Of a DNA stretch of 64,000 nucleotides, positions 35,849 to 44,197 are shown piece after piece. The position numbers and the translations under genes are program-made. The stretch is taken from NCBI GenBank assembly GCA_965223545.1, contig OZ245006.1, forward strand, positions 4,128,001 through 4,192,000. Reading direction: 5' to 3'. A model generated the notes under the pieces. It had not been told where the DNA came from, did not search any database, and worked only from the letters and a program-made list of their open reading frames with translations. Numbering within the stretch: the first letter of the stretch is position 1; every line of letters begins with the position of its first letter. Origin of the DNA: Planctomycetota bacterium (GTDB lineage Bacteria > Planctomycetota > UBA1135 > UBA2386).

Positions 35849-38593
35849 ATGCCGACCGTTGAGCAGCTGCGACTTGACATTGACGCGCGGGGGGCTGCGC
35901 GAGGCGGACGCGAGGCAGCCCGAGCCACCGATCGAGTTGCGGCGAGCGCGAAGCGCGCCGATCGCGCCGTCAACAAGTTCGACGGTGAGCTGCGCACGAT
36001 GGGCCAGACGACTCGCTCGCTGCTCGGCCCGTTGCTCGGTCTGGGAGGCGCGTTCACCGGTATCGCCGCCGCACGCTCGGCATTCGGCACGCTCTCGAGC
36101 TTCGACGGTGGGGTTGCGTCGCTGCGTGCGCTGACCGAGGCGACATCCGCGAGCGCCGAGCTAGCCACAGCGGAGATGGTCGAGCTCGAAGAGGCCGCGC
36201 GCGGCGTAGGCGCTTCCACGCGCTTCTCTACAAACGAGGCGATCACGGGCCTCGAGGGTCTGCGGCGTGCTGGTCTCTCGACCCGAGAGGCAATCGCGGC
36301 CATTGGACCTGCTGCGGACATCGCGGTCGTTGGCAAGCTAGGCTTCGCCGAAGCGGCCGATCTAGCAGCTGCGACGATGCGGCAATTCCAACTGCCGGCC
36401 GGGGAGATCCGAGTCGCGCTGGAGCAGCTGAACGCGGCCGCGGTGCGCTCGAACACCGGCGTCGCGGAGCTGAAAGAAGGCTTTCGAGTTGCTGCCCCCC
36501 TCGCGCATCAACTCGGTGCCGACGTCGCCGAGGTCGGCGGCATCCTCGGCATACTCGCAGACTCTGCGATCAAGGGCTCGGAAGGCGGAACCAAGTTCGC
36601 GTCATCGATGGCGGCGTTGCTGGCGCCAAGCCGTGAGGCTCAAGAGATCCTCGATGGCGTTGGCCTTTCCGCCGATCGAATCGCCGCCTCGCTTGGCGAT
36701 CCCGCGCACTTGTTCCGTGAGTTGGGGCAGGCAGGACTCTCGGCCTCTGAGTCAGTTCGCATCTTCGGCCGCGAGAACGCCGCCGCCGCCGCCATTTTGC
36801 AAGAGAACGCGGACCGTGCGATCGAACTCACAGCCGCGATCCGAGAGTCGAGCGGCGAGATGCGCCAGATGGCGGAGACCAGCGCCGACTCGCTCCAGGG
36901 GAAGGCCACGGAGCTCGAGAGCGCCATCGAGGCATTGACGATCGCGCTTGGTCAGAGCGGGCTCACAGCCGCGCTCACGTCGACGGTCGAGGGCATGACC
37001 GCCGTCGTCCGCGAGTTGGGCGGGCTCGACAAGTCGATGGCGTCCGCGAGCCTCACTGTGTCGACGACCGCCGACGCCGTGCGGACTCTTGCGCTTGTTC
37101 TTGGTGGTGCAGGGCTCGTGGCCGCACTCGGGAAAGCCCAGGCCGCGATGACGGCTCTGGACGCGGCGACGAAGATCAACCCGGTGCTCTTGTGGGGGAC
37201 GGCGATCGGCGTCGCAGCGTCAACCGTTCTCGAGTTCACCAGCAACGCGGCCAAGGCAGAAGAGGCTGCGGCCCAGCTCAATGCCGAGCTTGCGCGACTC
37301 GACAAGCAACGTGAGACCAACATCGCGGGCTTCCTGGGCAAGTTGGAGCCTGACCTGTCCGGTGTGCGCAGCGGGGCAGACATCTTGCAGGATGTGCTCG
37401 GAAGCAGTGTGCTGCCGAGTCCGGACGAGTTTCGCCAGCGCTTGCAGGAGGGGCTGGGGCAATCGCGCGAGATCATCGGCGAGGAGATCCGGGGGCTCCA
37501 ACAGACGTTGGACAACCTGTTCGAGGCGCTGGGTGATCGCTCGGTAAGCGCGCGTCAGCAGGACGCGTTTCGCGAAGGCATCGAGCAGACGAAGGCAGAG
37601 ATCGAGGGCCTCATCGCAAAGTACGATGAGCTGACGCAGACGAACGCTGCCGCTCTTCAAGCGGAGTTCGATCGGCAGAAGGCGATCGCTGACGCCGAGC
37701 AGGCGCGACAAGCCGCGGTCGCCGCAGCTGAGGCCGAGAAGGCGGCGATCGAGGCGACTGCAACCACGTTGCAGGAGATCACGGACCAGCTTCGGCTCGA
37801 GGCCGAGCTTGCGGGGTTGAACGCGGCCGAGCGCGCGCGGCTCCTGGCCACTCGCCAGGTCGAAGAGATCATCGCTGCCTCAGGCATCACCAGTGAGGAG
37901 GAGCGTAACCGCCTGCTCAAGGAGCAGATCGATCTCGTCAACGAGTTGATCGACCTGCGGTCGCAACGTGAGGAGGAAGCCCGGCGCGCCGACGACGAGA
38001 GGTTTCAGGCGAGCGTGCCGCAGCTTCGCGGGACCTACAGCGAGGTCGGTCAGCGGCCGCTCTCACAGGAGAGCGAACTCGCGTTGGGGCAGGTCGGCAA
38101 ATCCGCTGGCCGGGCGATCTCTGAGGGTCTTTTGGAAGTCATCGAGGGTTCCGGTGATCTCGAAGACATTGGCAAGTCGATCCTCCGACAGATCTCGGAG
38201 AGCGCTTACGAGAACTTCGTCACGAAGCCGCTTGCCAACCTGGGACAGGAGCTCCTGATCGCGCTGGGCGAGGGAGTCGGAAACGCGCTCTCGGGCAACA
38301 CGTCTGCAAGCTTGCTCGGCGGGAGCCCCGCATCGTCTTCCTCGAACCCCTATTCCGGATCGCAGGGTGTTTCGCCGCCGGCGCGCGCCTTGTTCGAGCC
38401 CCGCGTGCCTCTCCCGTTCTCTGGAGCACCGACGTTCCCGGATGGCTCTCGCGTTGGCGCGTCTCCGCAGGGCCAGCCAAGTCGCAGCACCGCTCCTACG
38501 ACCATCATCGTGCAAAGCATCGACCAGGCTGTGCGTACGAAACGCCAGATCGATGAGCAGCGCCGCCGCGACATCATGGGGAGGCGTCGGTGA
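35849..38593 (+). CDS. Phage tail tape-measure protein (914 aa)
   Basis: LRLDIDA start; TP901-type core (LEEAARGVGASTRFSTNEA...LRRAGLS...AAVRSNTGVAEL...LADSAIKGSEGGT...IFGRE...MAETSADSLQG..TELESA); TM-like stretch; coiled coil; lambda-H-like C-terminus (DIGKSILRQI...TKPL). Confidence 0.92.
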   Translation: MPTVEQLRLDIDARGAARGGREAARATDRVAASAKRADRAVNKFDGELRTMGQTTRSLLGPLLGLGGAFTGIAAARSAFGTLSSFDGGVASLRALTEATSASAELATAEMVELEEAARGVGASTRFSTNEAITGLEGLRRAGLSTREAIAAIGPAADIAVVGKLGFAEAADLAAATMRQFQLPAGEIRVALEQLNAAAVRSNTGVAELKEGFRVAAPLAHQLGADVAEVGGILGILADSAIKGSEGGTKFASSMAALLAPSREAQEILDGVGLSADRIAASLGDPAHLFRELGQAGLSASESVRIFGRENAAAAAILQENADRAIELTAAIRESSGEMRQMAETSADSLQGKATELESAIEALTIALGQSGLTAALTSTVEGMTAVVRELGGLDKSMASASLTVSTTADAVRTLALVLGGAGLVAALGKAQAAMTALDAATKINPVLLWGTAIGVAASTVLEFTSNAAKAEEAAAQLNAELARLDKQRETNIAGFLGKLEPDLSGVRSGADILQDVLGSSVLPSPDEFRQRLQEGLGQSREIIGEEIRGLQQTLDNLFEALGDRSVSARQQDAFREGIEQTKAEIEGLIAKYDELTQTNAAALQAEFDRQKAIADAEQARQAAVAAAEAEKAAIEATATTLQEITDQLRLEAELAGLNAAERARLLATRQVEEIIAASGITSEEERNRLLKEQIDLVNELIDLRSQREEEARRADDERFQASVPQLRGTYSEVGQRPLSQESELALGQVGKSAGRAISEGLLEVIEGSGDLEDIGKSILRQISESAYENFVTKPLANLGQELLIALGEGVGNALSGNTSASLLGGSPASSSSNPYSGSQGVSPPARALFEPRVPLPFSGAPTFPDGSRVGASPQGQPSRSTAPTTIIVQSIDQAVRTKRQIDEQRRRDIMGRRR

Positions 38594-38880
38594 CCGACGG
38601 ACAGAACGCGACGCTGCAGGACGCGGTCACGACGATCGTCGGGCAGCTCATGGCGTGGGCCGCGGAAGTGCGCAAGCTTCGACCCGCTGAGCGCGACGGT
38701 CGCATTGCGGAGATGCGGCAGCGGATGAGCGTGTTCGCCGCGGCTCAGCACCAAGCGCTGGAGGAAGCCAGTGCAGCCGGCGACAGGGAGGGCATCGCAA
38801 GCCACTCGCTCATGTCGTCCATGGCCGAGCGACTCGCGGAACAGCTGGGCGACTGGCTCGATCAGCCCAATCGAAACTGA
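38590..38880 (+). CDS. Hypothetical helical protein coupled to the TMP gene
   Basis: GTGA overlap with the TMP stop; GGGAGG RBS. Confidence 0.7.
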   Translation: MTDGQNATLQDAVTTIVGQLMAWAAEVRKLRPAERDGRIAEMRQRMSVFAAAQHQALEEASAAGDREGIASHSLMSSMAERLAEQLGDWLDQPNRN

Positions 38881-38922
38881 GGGCCCATAAGGCCAATTGA
38901 GGAAACGTCAGGACGAGACACG

Positions 38923-39909
38923 ATGCCACGACGCCAGCAGACCGTTGCACAGGCGCGCGCCGAGCAGGCACGCGAAGCCCAAGCCGATCGAGACCGCCAC
39001 GACGCGGCCAAGGAGCGCGACCTTCGCGCGCGCGCATGGGTGCACTGGGGCCAGGGCTCGGCACGCCTCGCTCTCGCGGAGGGCGACACGAGCTCGGCCA
39101 GCTTCTTCGCCAGCAAACTCGCGGCGCCGCACCGCGAACTCACGGCCGAGCTGGCGAGGATTCGCGACGATTCGCGGCTGACCGCCGAGGGCAAGCGCGA
39201 TGCTGTCGCGGCGGTGGCCAAGCGGATCCGTGCGCGCTTCGACGACAGCGGCGATCCGCTGCACGTTGTGCGGCGCAAGATCGAGCAGCACGCGGCACAG
39301 GCCAAGGACGCGACGGCCGCCCTCCAAAGTCTCGTGCGGCAGCGAGCTCTCGGAGTTCGCCGGGAGAACTTCTACGATTCGGCTCGAGCGATCGCTGACT
39401 CCGAAGCGTTCGCGCGGCTCGCTGCGAAGGAACAGGTGGCGCGCATCGCCGATGCCGAAGCATCCGGCGACGTCCGCACCTTGTTGGCTGCCGCTGAGGC
39501 CTCGGCGTGGTCCGGTGTCGTCGAGGAGTGCAGGGAGCGCACCATGCGGACGCTCACGTCGTTGGTCGCCGGCGAGGAGGCGCGCGAGGTTGAGACCCTG
39601 TCGGCACAAGCGACCATCGCCGAGCAACAGCTCGCCGCAGCGCTTGGTGGCCTCGAGCTGCTGGCGGCGGCACCACGGCTCGGGCTCGGCAAGGGGCGTG
39701 ATGGCGACGACGTTCTCGCTGACGCCAGCCTGGTGAGTGCGGGGTACCTCCTCAAAGCCGACGCGGAAGGCGTGTCGCCCGACTTGCTCGATCCCACACC
39801 ACTGACTTCCGAACGGCGGCCGCAGACGGCGGAAGATCGCTTGCAGGAGCACTACGAACGACAAGTCGAGCGTCAGGTGGGCCCCGCCGTTGGCGCAGAC
39901 GCGCCGTGA
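38923..39909 (+). CDS. Hypothetical Ala-rich coiled-coil protein (328 aa)
   Basis: Long ORF with AGGA RBS, same strand as the operon; no recognisable family. Confidence 0.7.
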   Translation: MPRRQQTVAQARAEQAREAQADRDRHDAAKERDLRARAWVHWGQGSARLALAEGDTSSASFFASKLAAPHRELTAELARIRDDSRLTAEGKRDAVAAVAKRIRARFDDSGDPLHVVRRKIEQHAAQAKDATAALQSLVRQRALGVRRENFYDSARAIADSEAFARLAAKEQVARIADAEASGDVRTLLAAAEASAWSGVVEECRERTMRTLTSLVAGEEAREVETLSAQATIAEQQLAAALGGLELLAAAPRLGLGKGRDGDDVLADASLVSAGYLLKADAEGVSPDLLDPTPLTSERRPQTAEDRLQEHYERQVERQVGPAVGADAP

Positions 39910-39944
39910 CTGGCAAGGAATCTTCAATCGGAGGTTACACAGCG

Positions 39945-40358
39945 ATGACAGCACAGCAGAAGTACGACGCCATGCGCGCGCACGCGCCCTCACAACCAGT
40001 CCCTCCTGACGGGAAGCCTCTGGCCGGTGAAGTGGTTTGGGACCTCGCGCAAGCGCGTTGGCGACGGCTTCCGGCGGTTGATGCCAGGGAAGGCGTGGCC
40101 GTCGGCATCTACGCACGCAAGAGCCCGAGCGGAGTCACGACAGCCAACCCCGCTGGCAAGGCTTGGGTGCGCGACGTCGCATCCGCAGCGACCTACTTCG
40201 TCGATGCGAACGACGCCGAGGAGATGATCGCCGCTGGCCTCGCCGAGATCGTCGACGCGCACGAGGAGCGCGAGCGGGCCGAGGCAGCCGTCGCCGCGGA
40301 AGAGGCGGCCGGCCGCGATGCGATGGCGAATGTTCGCGCGGCACGAGGAGGACCGTAG
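39945..40358 (+). CDS. Hypothetical phage-type protein
   Basis: GGAGG RBS; motif YFVDANDAEEMIAAGLAEIV resembles small proteins of phage head gene clusters. Confidence 0.65.
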   Translation: MTAQQKYDAMRAHAPSQPVPPDGKPLAGEVVWDLAQARWRRLPAVDAREGVAVGIYARKSPSGVTTANPAGKAWVRDVASAATYFVDANDAEEMIAAGLAEIVDAHEERERAEAAVAAEEAAGRDAMANVRAARGGP

Positions 40359-40547
40359 GTGCCCGACGAGCCGGAGAGGCTACGGCGCTTGAGTCCGCGG
40401 CGGGGTGTCGCCCAGTTCATGAGTGTCGAGGAGCTGGTTGAGGAAATGCGGCGGCGCTATCCCGACCAGTTCTTCCGCGGCTCCGAGCTCGAGTGGCGTC
40501 AGCGAACGACTGTTGTCGCGCGGAGGCGCGCGAGGCGCTGGCGGTGA
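40359..40547 (+). CDS. Small hypothetical protein
   Basis: GAGGAGG RBS; abuts the previous stop and overlaps the next start (GTGA). Confidence 0.5.
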   Translation: MPDEPERLRRLSPRRGVAQFMSVEELVEEMRRRYPDQFFRGSELEWRQRTTVVARRRARRWR

Positions 40548-41014
40548 GCGACCGCGACGAGCGGGGCAGGTTCAAGCCGGGCTGCCGCGGCGGTCCGGGC
40601 GCGGGCAACGTCCGGTATGTCACCGTGATGCGGGCCGCGATTCGCGAGGCGGTCAACGCCGGCGAGGTGCGGGAGGTGCTGCGAGCGATGCTGACGGCCG
40701 CGAAGAAGGGCGACACGGCCGCGTCAAAGTTGCTTCTCGAGTACGGCCTGGGGAAGCCGACGGCGATCGCTGCGGACCCCACAGGCGTCGAGCTGCCGAA
40801 GCTCGACAGCGTCAGCGCATGCGTCGAGGCCGGCGAGCGGCTCACCGCGGCCGTCTTGCGTGGTGAGCTCGCAGCGGCCGATGCCGAGCGGCTGGCTCGG
40901 ATCATCGACGTCGCCCAGCGCGGGCTCGAGGCGATGGAGGTCGGCGCACGGCTTGATGAGATCGAGGGCGCGCGCGTCTTCTTGAAGCTCGAGGCGGGAG
41001 GTCTTCGTGCCTAG
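40544..41014 (+). CDS. DUF5681-like / small terminase-like protein
   Basis: RDERGRFKPGCRGGPG N-terminus, then helical AAKKGDTAASKLLLEYGLGKP. Confidence 0.65.
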   Translation: MSDRDERGRFKPGCRGGPGAGNVRYVTVMRAAIREAVNAGEVREVLRAMLTAAKKGDTAASKLLLEYGLGKPTAIAADPTGVELPKLDSVSACVEAGERLTAAVLRGELAAADAERLARIIDVAQRGLEAMEVGARLDEIEGARVFLKLEAGGLRA

Positions 41015-41351
41015 TTGGCGGCAGCGGCTGCGTCGCTTGGGGCCGCAGATCGATGACCTCGAGCAGAGCGCATGGTGCGTTCGCGCGGCTCGCGGCGTGC
41101 CCTCCTCGAGCGATCGCGAGGAGAGTTGGCGGCTTCGCATGGACTTGTTCGGCGTGATGGCGTTCCTGGACTACCCGCACGAACCAAACCACGAACCTGC
41201 TCCGGACGTCGCCGAGGCCACCGCAGCGGTTCTGGGCCTCGATTGGCCCGAGCACGAGCCCCACCCGCGCGGCTTGACGCTGCAGCAGCTGCGCGGCCAC
41301 CTGAACGTCCTACGGATGGAGCTACCGCACCATGAAGACGGCCACGCCTGA
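41007..41351 (+). CDS. Hypothetical protein
   Basis: GGGAGG RBS; overlaps both neighbours. Confidence 0.6.
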   Translation: MPSWRQRLRRLGPQIDDLEQSAWCVRAARGVPSSSDREESWRLRMDLFGVMAFLDYPHEPNHEPAPDVAEATAAVLGLDWPEHEPHPRGLTLQQLRGHLNVLRMELPHHEDGHA

Positions 41352-41538
41352 TCGTCGCGACCGGACATCGGTCGCTCTCCCTCGCCGTCTCCGCGACGAG
41401 TTGCACCGGACCGCAGCATCAATCTCAGAGGCCCGTGGCGGCAGCCGCGTCGCGTTGGCCGAAGTCATCGCGCTCGGCGTCCGCGAGCTGAGTCGACGCT
41501 GCCCGTCGTGCTGGCGACCACCCGAAGCGCATAACTGA
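41332..41538 (+). CDS. Small RHH-like DNA-binding protein
   Basis: RTSVALPRRLRDEL...ALAEVIALGV; last gene before the terminator. Confidence 0.55.
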   Translation: MKTATPDRRDRTSVALPRRLRDELHRTAASISEARGGSRVALAEVIALGVRELSRRCPSCWRPPEAHN

Positions 41539-41553
41539 ACTCACTCCAGGAGT

Positions 41554-41602
41554 GCGGGCGTCGCCTTGGCCTCGGCGGTCGGGGCGGCGCCCGCTTTTTC
41601 TT
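41554..41602 (+). terminator. Intrinsic terminator ending the TMP operon
   Basis: GCGGGCGTCGCCTTGGCC...GGTCGGGGCGGCGCCCGC stem (with G-U pairs) followed by TTTTTCTT. Confidence 0.8.
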
Positions 41603-41611
41603 GCCAGACTC

Positions 41612-41640
41612 TTGACACGCCAGCGCCGTTCTGATAACGC
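41612..41640 (+). promoter_or_regulatory. Candidate sigma70 promoter for the recombinase operon
   Basis: Perfect TTGACA (41612-17), 17-bp spacer containing TGn, imperfect -10 TAACGC. Confidence 0.5.
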
Positions 41641-41746
41641 TCATTGCGTCCACGCTGAGATCGGCTCGGCACTCGGACAAAGAATCGGCCCCCGGGGGTG
41701 CGCTAACACCCACCGAGAGCCTAACCCGCAAAGTGAGGAAAGCACG

Positions 41747-42028
41747 ATGCAGGCTGAGCGTAAACCTAGCGCTCTCGTTGGTTTCGGCCAACTGTTGGCT
41801 TCGCGTCTCGAGGAACTCGAGCGCAAGCACCCCAACCCCGACCACGCCGCGCGGATCGAGGAGCTCGTCAACGAGCTGGCGAGACGCTTTGAGATGCATC
41901 CGGAGATCGACGCGAGCACCTCGGCGCCGGCGTGGCGCCTTGTCGACACGATGACCGCACACGACATCGCGCGGCTTCGGGTTCGCACCGTCACGATGCT
42001 GCAGCCGATCGAGGGAGGTTCGCGATGA
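41747..42028 (+). CDS. Hypothetical protein (93 aa)
   Basis: GAGGAA RBS; ATGA-coupled to the recombinase. Confidence 0.65.
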   Translation: MQAERKPSALVGFGQLLASRLEELERKHPNPDHAARIEELVNELARRFEMHPEIDASTSAPAWRLVDTMTAHDIARLRVRTVTMLQPIEGGSR

Positions 42029-43023
42029 CCGCCATCGCACTCGCGGCACCCGCTCCCGACCCGCGCGACGTTCCTGCGGTGCTTCAGCGCGAGCTGGGCG
42101 AGGACTGGTTGCGCGGCAAGAGCCCTGCGACCATCGCGGCATACCGCGGCGACCTTCGGCAGTTGGCGCTCTGGCTCGAGCTGCCCGGCGGAGAACAGGC
42201 CACGCTCGGCTACGTGACGCGACTCAGCTCTGTCGCGTTGAATGGGCTGGCTTTGCGCTGGCGCGGCGCGATGACCGAAGCGGGCCTGTCCAGCTCGACC
42301 ACCAATCGCAGGCTCGCATCGCTTCGTTCAGCGGTCAGGTTCGCGCGCATGCTCGGCATGACGTCGGCGACGATCGATGTCGCTGGCGTCCGACCTGAGC
42401 CTCGACGCGACAGCCGAGGCCCGACCGCAACCGAATTTCGAACGATGCTCGAGGCGCTCGAGCGGCGGCCCGATCACGCGCGCAAGTTGCGCCTTCGAGC
42501 GATGCTGCTTTGCCTTGGCGTGCTTGGTTTGCGTCGTGGCGAAGTCCTCGGTCTCGACCGTGAACACTGGGCCGACGGTCGCCTCATGGTGAAGCCGAAG
42601 GGTAGGCGAGAACGTCATCCCCTGACGGTGCCCCCGCTGGTGGCAACGGCGCTCGACCGATGGTGTGCGTCGTGGCCTGCGGAGGATGGGCCGCTGTTCG
42701 TCACGCTGCGCGGACGCACGACGGGTGCACGACTGTCGGCGACGGCGTTTGCCGGCTCGCTCAAGGTGCTTGGTCGCCAGGCAGGGCTCGAGCGTCCAGT
42801 GCGGCCACACGGCTTGCGACACTGCGCCGTCACGTGTGCGCTCGACACGCGCGACGGCGACTTGCGCGCCGTGAGGCGCTTTTCACGCCACGCGTCGCTC
42901 TCGATGCTGCTCGTCTACGACGACGATCGAACCGACACGTTCGGCGAGATTGCGCGCGCCGTCGAGGCCGCGCTCGTTCCGCAGGCCGTCGTCGAAGCGA
43001 CGAACGCGAAGGGAGGCGCGTGA
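42025..43023 (+). CDS. Tyrosine recombinase (Xer/resolvase-like, no arm-binding domain)
   Basis: SAM-like N-domain (SPATIAAYRGDL, SSSTTNRRLASLRS); catalytic R (GLRRGE), K (KPKG), HGLRH, FSRH, Y (VYDD). Confidence 0.92.
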   Translation: MTAIALAAPAPDPRDVPAVLQRELGEDWLRGKSPATIAAYRGDLRQLALWLELPGGEQATLGYVTRLSSVALNGLALRWRGAMTEAGLSSSTTNRRLASLRSAVRFARMLGMTSATIDVAGVRPEPRRDSRGPTATEFRTMLEALERRPDHARKLRLRAMLLCLGVLGLRRGEVLGLDREHWADGRLMVKPKGRRERHPLTVPPLVATALDRWCASWPAEDGPLFVTLRGRTTGARLSATAFAGSLKVLGRQAGLERPVRPHGLRHCAVTCALDTRDGDLRAVRRFSRHASLSMLLVYDDDRTDTFGEIARAVEAALVPQAVVEATNAKGGA

Positions 43024-43517
43024 TGGGCTGGGTCGGTGCGCGTGAACTCACCCCGGAAGAGATGGCGAAGATCAGCGAGCGGAACCGCGACCAGCTTGGA
43101 CCGCACGCGCACGAACAGCTGGCCGAAGCTCTGTTCGATGAACTCCGCGAGGTGTCGGACGCGTCGCGCGGCGACGTTGATCCCGGCACCTTCGTGCTGG
43201 CGGCGCTGGCCCGTGCGGCGCCAGGCGTCGCGAGCGGACTTGACTTCGCGATGAACTACTACCGGCATGAGCCCGAGGTGCTCAACGTCCTGGTGGGCGC
43301 TTTAACGCTGGCCGGCGACTATGAGTACATCCGGGGCAACCTGGCCGATGCGGACCCCGCGATTCGCCGTGCCCAACAGTCGGCCCTGTGGATGCTCAAG
43401 GGCATCGAGGCGGCTTTCCCAGCCGATCAGTTCGAGCCCAATCCTGGCGAAGCGCTGAGCCAACACGAGGCGCGTTTCCGAATCGACCATCAGCGTGCCG
43501 GCGGGGCCGACTTCTGA
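43023..43517 (+). CDS. Hypothetical protein (164 aa)
   Basis: GGGAGG RBS; TGATG overlap with the recombinase stop. Confidence 0.7.
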   Translation: MGWVGARELTPEEMAKISERNRDQLGPHAHEQLAEALFDELREVSDASRGDVDPGTFVLAALARAAPGVASGLDFAMNYYRHEPEVLNVLVGALTLAGDYEYIRGNLADADPAIRRAQQSALWMLKGIEAAFPADQFEPNPGEALSQHEARFRIDHQRAGGADF

Positions 43518-43987
43518 TGTGCGGCGGCGCGTCGGTCCGTGTTCCGGCGCGTCGCCACCCGCTCGCGCCGCATAAGCGCGATTCAGCCTTGTCGCTCGCC
43601 GGGCGGCGGCGAGGGCGCATTCGGCGCTCGCTGTTGCGCCGCGGACCGCGCTTCGCCATGGCGCCGAATGCAGCAGCCAGACGCTGCCCATCGCAGAAAG
43701 CGAAAAAAAGTTGGGGCGCACTCGTCGGCCGCCCGAGCGAACGGGTGCAACGGCAACTCTGTGCCAACCGGGAACGGGCGAGAAGGGGGTAAGTGCCTTG
43801 AGCGTGTCGGCCTACGTCACTTGGCGACGTCCTACGCCATTCCGCGTGGGCCCGTGCCGCGGCAACGTCGTGTCAAGAAGAGGATCAAACTCAACACCGA
43901 AGACTCGGCAAGACGTCGGTGGACCACTCTAGACGCGCCTTTGCGTGGCCTGGCGCTCTTGCCCTGAGCGAGGCAGTTTGAACTTCC

Positions 43988-44197
43988 ATGATCTCGATCT
44001 CACCCGCACAGCAGTTGCTCACTGTCGACCAGGTTGCGGTCGTCCTGCAGATCTCACGTCGCACGGTGTTTCGGCTGTCCGCCGATCCACGGAGTGGCTT
44101 CCCGCCCAAGTTGCGCATCCGGGGCTCGACTCGGTTTCGCAAATCGGACGTCCTTCGCTTCTGCCAGACTGGGGGCAGGGAGAGCGTCGAGAGCTGA
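43988..44197 (+). CDS. Excisionase / AlpA-like HTH (recombination directionality factor)
   Basis: LLTVDQVAVVLQISRRTVFRL...FPPKLRIRGSTRFRKSDV; TGATG-coupled to the integrase. Confidence 0.88.
   Translation: MISISPAQQLLTVDQVAVVLQISRRTVFRLSADPRSGFPPKLRIRGSTRFRKSDVLRFCQTGGRESVES

Noticed and set aside
43790..43800. TAAGTnnTTG-like words here and at about 57681 as recombinase sites
   Set aside because: Only half-sites with no convincing inverted partner; too weak to call.
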